The notes: generated from the sequence alone by a model not told the origin. Positions 45,979-55,024 are shown, counted from the first letter of the stretch. The stretch is DNA of 64,000 nucleotides from Desulfobulbaceae bacterium (GCA_002868945.1 PKTX01000004.1:11047-75046); one strand, 5' to 3'. Translations and numbers: made by a program.

Positions 45979-46425
45979 GTGCTCTCCGTGAAAAAACGTT
46001 GTCAGACAAGAACTATCGCCTCAAACAACCATGGTTTTTCCCTGCTGGAGCTCATGGCCGTCATGGCCATCCTGGTGATGATTGCCACCTTTGCCGTGCC
46101 CAAATACTACAACCAGGTGCGCAAGGCCAAACAGCAGACCGCCAAAACCCAGATTGAGATGCTGATGACCGCCATGAACGCCTACCGCCTCGATGTCGGC
46201 GACTTCCCCAGCCAGAGCGAGGGCCTGGCGGCCCTGCAGGCCAATCCTGGCATAGACGGCTGGGACGGACCCTACCTGGCCAAGGATCTGCCGCTGGACC
46301 CGTGGAAGCGCGACTACCAATACCGCAACCCGGGCCAGTATGGCGAGATTGACATCTACACCCTGGGCAAGGACAACCGCGAGGGGGGAGAGAAGGAAGA
46401 CAAGGACATCGGCAGCTGGCAGTAA
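45979..46425 (+). CDS. gspG: Major pseudopilin GspG
   Basis: NHG|FSLLELMAVMAILVMIATFAVPKY...AKTQI...DGWDGPYL...DPWKRDYQYRNPGQYGEIDIYTLGKD is the canonical GspG sequence pattern. The start is GTG, at 45979 or 45988. Confidence 0.9.
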   Translation: MLSVKKRCQTRTIASNNHGFSLLELMAVMAILVMIATFAVPKYYNQVRKAKQQTAKTQIEMLMTAMNAYRLDVGDFPSQSEGLAALQANPGIDGWDGPYLAKDLPLDPWKRDYQYRNPGQYGEIDIYTLGKDNREGGEKEDKDIGSWQ

Positions 46426-46428
46426 GAA

Positions 46429-46728
46429 ATGACGGTCAATAATAGCAAAAACGGGCCATGGGTAATTGGCGGTGTCGGCGGGAGTGGTACGCGAGTGGTT
46501 GCTGAAATCTTTGCTGCCCTTGGTGTTTATATCGGAAACGATTTAAACGCTGCCAGCGACAACCTTCTTTACACCTTATTATTTAAACGTCCCCGTTGGT
46601 TCCTCCAAAATAGAACTGACCCTCATGCTTTGGGGATCGGTTTTGATCTGCTCAGAAAAATTATGGTCGACGGGGTAAACTTTCTTCGAAAGAACTTCTT
46701 TTTCTGGGAAAGGCTGTTTCGGCTATGA
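46429..46728 (+). CDS. Sulfotransferase N-terminal fragment (P-loop part), AT-rich
   Basis: WVIGGVGGSGTRVVAEIF is a PAPS-binding P-loop-like motif. The ORF starts 3 nt after the gspG stop. GC content is clearly lower than in the flanking DNA. Confidence 0.5.
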   Translation: MTVNNSKNGPWVIGGVGGSGTRVVAEIFAALGVYIGNDLNAASDNLLYTLLFKRPRWFLQNRTDPHALGIGFDLLRKIMVDGVNFLRKNFFFWERLFRL

Positions 46729-47318
46729 GTATATGGGGCCATAATCACTATGGTAAAGGCAAAGGCGCCTGGCCGTTTTTTCGTCTACAAAAAATATTTT
46801 CCCCACAGGCGCAGATGGGACCTAATCACATAGGCTGGGGCTGGAAAGAGCCAAACAGCCACCTGCTCATCAAAATGATGGCTCGCCATTTTAACAACTT
46901 CAAATATATCCACACAATCCGTCATGGCCTGGATATGGCCTTCAGCAAAAACCAACAGCAGCTCTTCAACTGGCACAGTCTTTACGGAGTCAAGAAACCT
47001 CTCTCCACCGCAGAAATACCGACAGCCTCGTTCAAATTCTGGCTTCGTGCCAACAGAAAAATCATGCAGCAAGGCGACAGGTTAGGACCGGAACGCTTTT
47101 TAGTGATCAATTTTGAAAATTTATGCCTGCACCCTGAACAAGAAGTCAAAAAAATACTTTCTTTTCTTAAAATTACCCCCTCCCGAGAAATTCTACAGAC
47201 ATGTTGTGCTATTCCCCAAAAACCAAAATCCATGGGCCGCTTTAGAAGTCATGATCTTTCCCTGTTTGACCGTGATGATCTAAACAAACTTACTTCTTTT
47301 GATTTTTCAGCTACCTGA
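46725..47318 (+). CDS. Sulfotransferase C-terminal fragment (3'-phosphate-binding part), AT-rich
   Basis: GWGWKEPNSHLL and IHTIRHGLDMAFS resemble the sulfotransferase core. The ATGA junction joins it to the preceding ORF. Its reading frame is already open from 46647. Confidence 0.5.
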   Translation: MSIWGHNHYGKGKGAWPFFRLQKIFSPQAQMGPNHIGWGWKEPNSHLLIKMMARHFNNFKYIHTIRHGLDMAFSKNQQQLFNWHSLYGVKKPLSTAEIPTASFKFWLRANRKIMQQGDRLGPERFLVINFENLCLHPEQEVKKILSFLKITPSREILQTCCAIPQKPKSMGRFRSHDLSLFDRDDLNKLTSFDFSAT

Positions 47319-47353
47319 CCAGGCGGCTACTTCACCGTCAGCGCACATAACCC

Positions 47354-48724
47354 TTAAAAATAGACGGGTTTCACCTCCGGCGCCCCACTGTCGGTGCCGG
47401 GCTGGTCAAGGGCGCGGATGGCCTGGCGCGCCGATCTCGTCATATCGTTGATGCCGATGCCGTCCCAGCCAAAGCCGCACAGGCCAAGACCCTGATTATT
47501 CTGCTCCAGGGCCGTGCGCCAACTCAACAGATTCAAATGATCCCCCTCCATCTGGGGGATACCACCGCGGGGTCGCAGGACGCGGGCAAAGTGCGGTGCT
47601 CCTTCAGGCAGCGCCAGCAGCTCCCGCAGGTCAGCCACCACCCGACGGATCATCTCCGTATCGTCAAGATCCAACCGCTCAGGGTGACGGCGCCCGCCCA
47701 CCAGGGCCTCCAGCAGCACCTTGCCCTGCGGCGCCCGGCCGGGAAACATACGCGAGGTAAACATACATCCCAGGGTGAAACGCCCCTCGCATTCCGGTGT
47801 CAAAAAGCCGAAGCCCTTGGGGATGCTGTTGTTGTCAACAAAGCCGAGGCTGACATTGCAGATATGGGAGAGAGGAACACGCGCCACCGGCGGTTGAAAG
47901 GGAGCCAGCAGCTCCAGGGCGGCATTGACCGGCAGGGCACAGATGACATGCTCGGCCAGCAGAACACCGCTGTCGGTGCCGAGCCGCCAGCCCTGCTCTG
48001 ATTTTTCCAGGGAGTGTACCCGGCAGCCGGTGCGGATATCATGGCCTGTGGCCAGGCGTTGCACCAGAATCTCCAGGCCCTGGGGGAAATTGATCATGGC
48101 AGGCAGGGAGGTGATCCCTTTTCCCTTGCCGGACTTGGCCCTGGCCTTCATACCGCGCAGCAGAGAGCCATACTCCACCTCAAGCCTGCGTACACCCGGC
48201 ATCACCGCATCCATGCTGAGACGATGCAGATCACCTGAAAAGGTGCCGGTGACCGCAGCATCCACCAGGGGCAGCACCCCTTTGCCGAAACGATAGGCAG
48301 CCCACTGGCCGATGGTGGGATGGCCGGGTAAGGGCTTTTTCCAGAGATCACCCAGCAGCCGTACCTTATCCCAGGGGCTCAGTAGTTTGGAGGTGATGAG
48401 CTCCTGCGGTTTCTGCGGCAGGGCACGAAGACGACCCCGTCGACAGAGGTAGCGATGGAACTCCTTTAAAGGGGCACGCTGCATAACGGCCATGAGATCC
48501 AGGTCGGCGAGAATCTCGCGACTCTCCTCCTTATTGTCGAGGAAGCCGTGCGGGCCCCACTCACAGAGATAGCCTTCCTCCTCATGGGAACGGATCACCC
48601 CGCCGCTCTGCTCTGATTTTTCGAGGAGCAGGCAGGACAACTCCGGCCGCTCCTGTTTGAGAAAATGCGCGCAGGCCAGACCGGAAAGTCCGGCGCCGAC
48701 AATAATGACATCCTTTTTCTTCAT
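47354..48724 (-). CDS. hemY: Protoporphyrinogen/coproporphyrinogen oxidase, HemY-type FAD amine-oxidase fold
   Basis: The dinucleotide-binding motif is KKDVIIVGAGLSGLACAHFL...LLEKSEQSGGVIRS. The C-terminal GLGLCGFGWDGIGINDMTRSA is typical of the PPO family. I preferred the start at MKKKD (48724) over the TTG at 48751. Confidence 0.7.
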   Translation of the reverse strand: MKKKDVIIVGAGLSGLACAHFLKQERPELSCLLLEKSEQSGGVIRSHEEEGYLCEWGPHGFLDNKEESREILADLDLMAVMQRAPLKEFHRYLCRRGRLRALPQKPQELITSKLLSPWDKVRLLGDLWKKPLPGHPTIGQWAAYRFGKGVLPLVDAAVTGTFSGDLHRLSMDAVMPGVRRLEVEYGSLLRGMKARAKSGKGKGITSLPAMINFPQGLEILVQRLATGHDIRTGCRVHSLEKSEQGWRLGTDSGVLLAEHVICALPVNAALELLAPFQPPVARVPLSHICNVSLGFVDNNSIPKGFGFLTPECEGRFTLGCMFTSRMFPGRAPQGKVLLEALVGGRRHPERLDLDDTEMIRRVVADLRELLALPEGAPHFARVLRPRGGIPQMEGDHLNLLSWRTALEQNNQGLGLCGFGWDGIGINDMTRSARQAIRALDQPGTDSGAPEVKPVYF

Positions 48725-48991
48725 AGCAATACCGGTTGAAAGATTCGCCAAACAAATCCGCTTGGCCAGGGTGATCAGGCAGACTCCGCCTCAACAAAGT
48801 GGGGGTGACAATCTTCGTCTCATTGAATAGAGTAGGAGGCATGCAGAGGGGTTCTGGCAGATGACTGCCTTATGCCGCGACCGGCACACCTGCACGCAAA
48901 ATCTCGCCGAACGCGACACCCTTGTTTCATAAAATTTTTTATCAACAAGATCAATGCGCGCCGCAAGGCCATCTTTACTATAGCCGCAACC

Positions 48992-49672
48992 ATGGATCAT
49001 TCACCACACATCCTGATTATCTCCTACTCCCTGAGCGGCCAGACCAAAAACCTGCTCAGCGCCTTGATTGCCGGTCTTGATAGTACCGGCTGTCATGTCC
49101 ATCACGAACGGTTGCAGCCGGTGAAACCGCTGCGCTTCCCCTTTGGCTCCGTGGCAAAAACAGTGGAGATGATGCTGCGGACCTTTATGCGGCAGCGGCT
49201 GGCCATCCAGCCCCTTACCGCCCAGTGCGACCAGGAGTATGATCTGGTCATCATCGCCGGCCCCACCTGGTCCTACCAGCCCAGCGGTCCGATTCTGGCC
49301 TTTCTTGACCGCGACGGCAGCCGTCTCCTGCACCATAAAGCCGTTATCCCCCTTATCTCCTGCCGTGGATACTGGCGCATGCACCTCTGGGGCCTGAAGC
49401 GGCTTCTGAAAAGGTATCAGGCCCAGCCGATCAACGCCATCATCTTCAGCCACCCGGCCAAGGAGCCGTGGCGCACCCTGGGCGTCTTTTTCAAATTGAG
49501 CGGCAGGTATCCGGAAAAGATGCCCCTCCTCAAGAGGCACTATCACCGCTACGGCCACGCCAGAAAACAACTGGCCAAGGCCGAGGAGTTCGGGCGGCGC
49601 ATCGGCGCCCAACTCAAGGCCAAGCAGTCCCTGGCCCACCTCGACTTCCACGACCCGATCGCCCTGCCCTAA
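48992..49672 (+). CDS. Flavodoxin-like-fold protein (putative)
   Basis: HILIISYSLSGQTKNLLSAL...YDLVIIAGPTWSYQPSGP resembles a flavodoxin-type nucleotide-binding fold. The start was taken at MDHSPH, so the ORF-track N-terminus was discarded. Confidence 0.4.
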   Translation: MDHSPHILIISYSLSGQTKNLLSALIAGLDSTGCHVHHERLQPVKPLRFPFGSVAKTVEMMLRTFMRQRLAIQPLTAQCDQEYDLVIIAGPTWSYQPSGPILAFLDRDGSRLLHHKAVIPLISCRGYWRMHLWGLKRLLKRYQAQPINAIIFSHPAKEPWRTLGVFFKLSGRYPEKMPLLKRHYHRYGHARKQLAKAEEFGRRIGAQLKAKQSLAHLDFHDPIALP

Positions 49673-49761
49673 GCCACGCCTCATCCCTCACCAACAAAAA
49701 GGCGGCTCGGCAGCGTGCCTCCCCTGGGGCGTCTCTCGCCGCCATCCTTGCAATGAGGAAC

Positions 49762-51594
49762 TCAGAACTGCAGCCCGGATTGGCGATCAGCAGCCATCTT
49801 TCCCTGCCATCTCTTGAGCTGCTCTGCATAGATCTGTTTGTCAGCCGGTCTGGCCAGGGCCAGGGCCCTTTTTTCAATCTCCAGGGCCCTCTCTTTTTTA
49901 CCCAGGCGCCAATAGGCATGGGCCAGGGTATCGAGGATATGGGCGGCAGCCGGCTGCAGGGAAACAGCCTTGGCGGCCAGTTGCAGGGCCCGTTCAGCAT
50001 CGATAAAACGCTCGTCCCGACTGGTCACCAGCAGCCAGGCCAGGTTGTTGAGGACCTCGGGGTTGTCCGGGGCCGACCGCAGCGACTGCTCATAGGCCGC
50101 AATGGCCCTGGCATAGTCGCCCTGTCTGTAATAGACATCACCCAGGGCCCAGTGCACCTGGTAGTTATCAGGAGTGCGGGCCGCCTCCTTTTCCAACTGG
50201 GCCACCGCCTGTTTGGTGACCGCCTGTTCCACCAGATCTTCCGGCAGGCTGAAGGCAAGAAAGCCGCCGGCCGCCACCAGCAGGCCATACATGGCCAAGG
50301 CAAGATAGACCTTGCGATGATGGCGCCCCACCAAGCTGGCGTCCGCATCACAGGCAACCATAAAATCAACACGCTGACTGATACCGAAGTGATGCCAGCT
50401 CGGCAGATCCCTGATGTTGCCGCTCAACCAGGCCACCTTTTCCAAGGCGGCGCTGATCGCCCCCCCGCCGCCCATGGCCTGCAGGGCATGCAGGTCCGCC
50501 TGTCTCTCAAAGTTACGCATGAAAAAACCAAAAACAAAACGCAGAAAGGAAACCAGGAGAATAAGCAGAAGTATGGGCAGGGTAATATCAAGCAGGCTGG
50601 CCGCCGACACCTTGCTCCACCGGGCCAGCTCATAGAACCACTCCCCCTGCAAGACCAGGTAAAGCAGCACCTCCAGCAGGGGATTAACGATAATGGAAAA
50701 ACCAACCAGGATAAAGAGATAGAGCTGCATATGGTAGCGCTTGACATGACCGATCTCATGGGCCAGCACCGCCTCGACCTCGTTCACCGTCAGGTTGGCA
50801 AGCAGGGCCGGTGTCAGCATGATATAGCGAAAACGGCCGATAAAGCCGACCACTCCGGCGGTTACCATCTGGCCGCCATAGAGGGGCCAGATCATTATGT
50901 CGCGATAATGGAGGTTAAGTCGCCGGCAAAAGGACTCCACATGGAATCTAACAGGGCCGGCCGCCAGGGGATGACACTTCCAGAACCGCATGAGCAGAGG
51001 CGGAAAAATCAGGGCGACAAAAGAGATAAAGATGCCCAGGATAACGACTTCACTATACGCGGACGCCATGAAACGATCCACCGCCGGCACTGACAGCAGT
51101 CGCAGAATATCAAGGACAAGGGATATCAGAAACCAGGGCAGAACAATGGGGAGATTGACCCGGATGTTTTCCAGGATGAAATCGACATTGCTCGTGCTTC
51201 TGCCGAAAATCGCGGCGCTCCTCTCCGCGGCAGCCAGCCAGACATGGCCAAGATAGACAAAAAAGAGCAGCAAACCCAGGAAGCTGCCCAACACCGGTAT
51301 ATCGGCGACAAAGGGCAACAGGGCGAAATAGTAGAGGCAATCCAGCACATAGATATCAATGGCCAGCCAGGAGATGGCCAGCAGGGTCAGATACTTCTCC
51401 GCCTGCAGATATGTCTTGACGTTGTAAACACGGCGACTGGAGAAAAAGAGGCGACAGAGAAGATGAAAGAGCAACAACTTACCGGCAAAAATGAGCATGG
51501 CCGGCAGAGGCGGCAGGAGGGGCTGGGCAGGGACAGTCCTGGCGGCCAGCAGAAAAATGACCACCAGGAGATAGATGAGATTGCTGTAACTCAC
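49762..51594 (-). CDS. M48-family membrane metalloprotease with a C-terminal TPR domain
   Basis: The zinc motif is LAHEIGHVKRYH. There are multiple TM segments and C-terminal TPR repeats (ALGDVYYRQGDYARAIAAYEQSL..., LAHAYWRLGKKERALE). It has a GTG start, and the start position is uncertain. Confidence 0.75.
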   Translation of the reverse strand: MSYSNLIYLLVVIFLLAARTVPAQPLLPPLPAMLIFAGKLLLFHLLCRLFFSSRRVYNVKTYLQAEKYLTLLAISWLAIDIYVLDCLYYFALLPFVADIPVLGSFLGLLLFFVYLGHVWLAAAERSAAIFGRSTSNVDFILENIRVNLPIVLPWFLISLVLDILRLLSVPAVDRFMASAYSEVVILGIFISFVALIFPPLLMRFWKCHPLAAGPVRFHVESFCRRLNLHYRDIMIWPLYGGQMVTAGVVGFIGRFRYIMLTPALLANLTVNEVEAVLAHEIGHVKRYHMQLYLFILVGFSIIVNPLLEVLLYLVLQGEWFYELARWSKVSAASLLDITLPILLLILLVSFLRFVFGFFMRNFERQADLHALQAMGGGGAISAALEKVAWLSGNIRDLPSWHHFGISQRVDFMVACDADASLVGRHHRKVYLALAMYGLLVAAGGFLAFSLPEDLVEQAVTKQAVAQLEKEAARTPDNYQVHWALGDVYYRQGDYARAIAAYEQSLRSAPDNPEVLNNLAWLLVTSRDERFIDAERALQLAAKAVSLQPAAAHILDTLAHAYWRLGKKERALEIEKRALALARPADKQIYAEQLKRWQGKMAADRQSGLQF

Positions 51595-51618
51595 AAAGAA
51601 GTCGGTGTAAAGGAGTGA

Positions 51619-52482
51619 TCAGCAGGCCTGACGGGCCCGTTTGCTCTGCCGATAGTTATGGGCATAATAGCGCCTGAGAATCTCCTGCAGGCGGGCCTTC
51701 TCAAAAATCCGGTTCTGGACAAAATATTCACCAAGACGTTTCTGCTGTGATTTCTGGAGAGCCAACAAGGTGTTGAGCTGACGCGGCGTCAACAGGCCTC
51801 GGTCAACAGCCCTTTGGCCAATGGGTCGACCGTCCGGTGACCTGAGCAGTGAAAAGACATCCTCAGGGGAGAGCCAGCCGAAGCGACAGCCTATTTCTCC
51901 AAGTCGGGGTCGGCTGCTGCGCTGCCAGACGAGGGCCTTAATGAGGCTCTGCCAGGATACCAGGCCGGAATAGTAGAGAAAATGACCAAAGAGGAGGGGC
52001 CGATTGGGCAGGCGACCGCTGAAAAGATTGCCCTGGGTGCCGTTATGAGAGGGGCGCTCCTTGCTGTAGCCGCACCCCTGCCCGGCGGAACCGGCTGTTT
52101 TTTGCCGGTGGCGGGCCTGGGCCCGTTTACGATTGAAATCTGTGCGGGCGGTGCGGCCGGCCTGATACGGGTTGGCGCGCGCCGCAGGGGAAACCACTGC
52201 CACCCTTACCCCCTTTTCCCGGGCATCGAGATAAAAACTCAGGTTTTTATAGGCCTTTTGCACACGCTGAAACTGCTGAGCGCCGCGCAGCTGAGCCACC
52301 TGTCCCTGCCCCACCAGGCTGTCGGGATGGGTTTCCTTGGCTCGCTTGCGATAGGCACTCTTGACGCCGGAGAGTTGTACGTACTCCAGGAACTCACGGG
52401 AAATAGTGAGCTCATCGCCGAAGATGACCTGACACGCCTGCAATAGATCCTGTTCAACCAATACCGCTGTCATTTTTCCCAT
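51619..52482 (-). CDS. J-domain (DnaJ-like) protein
   Basis: SAYRKRAKETHPDSL carries the HPD tripeptide in a J-domain context. The rest of the protein has no recognisable motif. Confidence 0.6.
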   Translation of the reverse strand: MGKMTAVLVEQDLLQACQVIFGDELTISREFLEYVQLSGVKSAYRKRAKETHPDSLVGQGQVAQLRGAQQFQRVQKAYKNLSFYLDAREKGVRVAVVSPAARANPYQAGRTARTDFNRKRAQARHRQKTAGSAGQGCGYSKERPSHNGTQGNLFSGRLPNRPLLFGHFLYYSGLVSWQSLIKALVWQRSSRPRLGEIGCRFGWLSPEDVFSLLRSPDGRPIGQRAVDRGLLTPRQLNTLLALQKSQQKRLGEYFVQNRIFEKARLQEILRRYYAHNYRQSKRARQAC

Positions 52483-53093
52483 TATGTGCCTTGGCAGAGC
52501 ACACCATCACAGTGATAGCAGGCCCTGTGAAGCCGCAGCCGGTTCGCAGTTCCACGCAGCGTCCTTAATAACCATTGGCCATTAAAATACCTTTTTCCTG
52601 CCATAATATCCACCCAAAAACAGCTGATTGCGGATTTTGGGTATCTTGACACAAGGAGACATTATTATTCGAGTTTGACAAGTATAGAAAACAAAAAGTG
52701 CAACATATCGAAATGAGAGCCTTCCTCCTCACGCCTGCCCCCTCATCCTTTACCGACAAAAAGGCGGTTGCTGCCCAAGGCAAGTGCGCCGGTACGGTAT
52801 GACAAAAAACCAGGGATAAAACCACCTGAAGGGGAACGATTCAGCACCACGGCAGGTTCAGGAGATATGGAGGATAACCCAACCGGCAGGAAAAACGGGA
52901 CGGGCAAGGCCTTATGCGCACGGCGCCTGCCCTGCAAAATGAAAGAAATCAACGTCTCAACGTTCCGACTTGTGAGATCTTGTCGACATTACGATATTGT
53001 ATAGATTGAAAATGCTATGACGAAGCTTTTCCCAACATGCCGGAAGGCAGCAGCCGGAATCCAGAAGTAAGAACCGCTGATTTTTTAGACTTT

Positions 53094-53191
53094 TCTCCTG
53101 TTTCCTGACTTCTGAATTCTCGCCAAATCAGATGTGCGAAACGGCATTCAGCTCGTTTCATGTCGAATAGTTTTTCAACTGGGAAAGTTGA
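53094..53191 (-). repeat. Repeat family 2, copy C
   Basis: The reverse complement reads tcaactttcccagttgaaaaactattcgacatgaaacgagctgaatgccgtttcgcac...gaattcagaagtcaggaaacagg. It lies directly downstream of feoA. Confidence 0.6.
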
Positions 53192-53200
53192 GCCACCGTA

Positions 53201-53530
53201 CTATTCGGCAGGTGCCACCTCCACATGCAGAGCCTCGGACTCACTGAGGGTAATATCGAAATCACCGACCTTCAGAAGGATAGGGTCGCCAAGCGGTGCA
53301 CGGCGTACCACATCCACCCGGGCCTGCGGGGTAAGACCTAGGTCAAGGAGACGGCGGCGCAGCTGCCCACAGCCATTATAACGTTTCACACAGACACAGC
53401 TACCGGGCTTCACCTCACTGAGAGGCATGCAACCCTTGGCACAGGCGTGCCTGGCGCATGTACCTTCGCCCTTGTCTTGCTCGCGACACTTCTTGTTTGA
53501 ACAGAAAAAACGTATAATCTCGCTTGTCAC
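53201..53530 (-). CDS. feoA: FeoA-domain protein with a Cys-rich N-terminal extension
   Basis: The C-terminal SH3-like FeoA pattern is RRRLLDLGLTPQARVDVVRRAPLGDPILLKVGDFDITLSESEA. The N-terminus carries 9 Cys. No feoB gene is adjacent. Confidence 0.7.
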   Translation of the reverse strand: MTSEIIRFFCSNKKCREQDKGEGTCARHACAKGCMPLSEVKPGSCVCVKRYNGCGQLRRRLLDLGLTPQARVDVVRRAPLGDPILLKVGDFDITLSESEALHVEVAPAE

Positions 53531-53881
53531 CGGTCGCTCCTCTCATCATTAACATACTGCAGCTTACCACTCCTAACAGGGCAAGAGTTACCTTGTCAAG
53601 ATAAAGTTAGTCTAACCTTATTGACACCGTTTTGCAACCGCCGGTTCCTTTTTTTTCACGCATCGCCTCTTTTTTCACGAGCCGGTCATCTTTACCGGCG
53701 ACACCAGTCAAAAGCATAGCGCCCCCCTCTTGACAATTTCAGACGGGCGGGGTATTTCAAGGCCTCAATTAAGTTCTTATTTTTTGGCATAAATTTACAG
53801 TTTACAAGAATGTAATTTTTTCAAAATGCGTCACGGCCCTTGGTTGCAGGCGCTATCTGTTCAATATTAAAGGAGTAACAC

Positions 53882-55024
53882 ATGTGCCGGTTAGCTATGA
53901 AAACCGCAAGTAAGCCGTTCTCCCCCTTTTCCGTGCTGCAAGCCATGGAGTCCATGCAGGAAGGGTACGACGGCAGTGGTCTCGGCCTCCTACTTCGTGG
54001 TCTGGAATTCTCGGACTACAAGTACCAGGCCGGGGACCCTATCCTGTCAGGCATTGCCCATACCCCGGCTGCCCTCTCCCGCCTCAGCGAGATCATGGAC
54101 AGCAAGGGTTTTGAGTTGAAGTATGACCATGAGTTCGACGTTGATCGCAGCAGGCTTGAGGCGCGGGATCGCCACAAGTATGTGTTGCGGGTCTACAAAC
54201 AGCCCAAGGAGTGGGATTCTCTCTCGCAGGAGGAAACCGAGCATGCCATGATGATGACCCGTATCGGTCTGCGCCTTGACGGCGCTGATCATGGCGACGA
54301 CCTCACCGCCTTTTCCCTGTGGCCCGATGTGGCCATGATCAAGGAGGTGGGCTGGCCCCTGGAGATCGGCCAGGCTTTCGGCCTTGACAATGATCGCATC
54401 AAATCCCGCATCTGTTTTGCCCAGGGCCGCCAGAACACCAACTACGGCATCAACCTCTACGCCTGCCACCCCTTCTTTATTGAAGGTGTGGCCACCATGA
54501 CCAACGGCGAGAACACCGCCTTTGGCCCCATCAGGGACTGGCTTTCCGGCAAGGGCTACCCCGGCTACATGGGCTACCAGTCCGACTCCGAGGTTTTTGC
54601 CCATATCCTCCATTATGTCACCAAGCAGCTCAAACTGCCCCTGGAGACCTATAAGCACGTTATCACTCCCTTAAGCAACAGCGAGTTGGCCGATCACCCC
54701 CAGGGCGATTTCCTCCTGGGTTTACGCAATGTCTGCCGCCGCCTCATTATCGACGGCCCCAATGCGGTGATCGGCTCCCTGGCCGACGAGACCTGCCTGC
54801 TGGCCATGGACGCCAAAAAGCTGCGGCCGGCCACGGTGGGCGGCAAACCGGGCGAGTGGGCCATGGCCTCAGAGATGTGCGGCGTCGATGCCTTGATCCC
54901 GGACCGGGATCGCAGCAAAGATCTCCAGCCCATGCGTGAACACACAATAATTATCCCTCCAGATAGAAAGGAGCTCCAGATATGGTCTCAATACGATCAA
55001 TTCACTCTCAACCAGGCAGCCTGA
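53882..55024 (+). CDS. Glutamate synthase, glutamine amidotransferase (class II, Ntn) subunit
   Basis: The N-terminal MC(RLAMKT) places the catalytic Cys at position 2. The strong RBS is AAGGAG. It is the first gene of a three-gene split glutamate synthase. Confidence 0.75.
   Translation: MCRLAMKTASKPFSPFSVLQAMESMQEGYDGSGLGLLLRGLEFSDYKYQAGDPILSGIAHTPAALSRLSEIMDSKGFELKYDHEFDVDRSRLEARDRHKYVLRVYKQPKEWDSLSQEETEHAMMMTRIGLRLDGADHGDDLTAFSLWPDVAMIKEVGWPLEIGQAFGLDNDRIKSRICFAQGRQNTNYGINLYACHPFFIEGVATMTNGENTAFGPIRDWLSGKGYPGYMGYQSDSEVFAHILHYVTKQLKLPLETYKHVITPLSNSELADHPQGDFLLGLRNVCRRLIIDGPNAVIGSLADETCLLAMDAKKLRPATVGGKPGEWAMASEMCGVDALIPDRDRSKDLQPMREHTIIIPPDRKELQIWSQYDQFTLNQAA

Noticed and set aside
32715-47318. 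Genomic island integrated at tRNA-Arg, carrying the MAD-repeat genes, the T2SS and the sulfotransferase
   Set aside because: There is no integrase. I found no direct repeat of the tRNA 3' end at the far boundary. GC content of the MAD and T2SS genes matches the flanks. Only the sulfotransferase segment is compositionally deviant.
49468-51093. 541-aa plus-strand ORF overlapping the M48 protease gene
   Set aside because: It is a Q/G/R/P-rich shadow frame. The minus-strand frame has the HEIGH zinc motif, TM helices and TPR repeats.
52880-52935. Resemblance of ACGGGACGGGCAAGGCC to the GGGACGCAAAGCC core of c-di-GMP-I (GEMM) riboswitches
   Set aside because: Only a partial string match. The partner GGCAAACC motif and the expected helices are absent. 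The orientation relative to the flanking genes also does not fit a 5' leader.
53785-53800. Sigma-54-like TGGCAT-N5-TACAG upstream of the glutamate synthase operon
   Set aside because: The -12 element does not match (CA instead of the conserved GC, and TACAG against TTGCA). It is not supportable from sequence alone.
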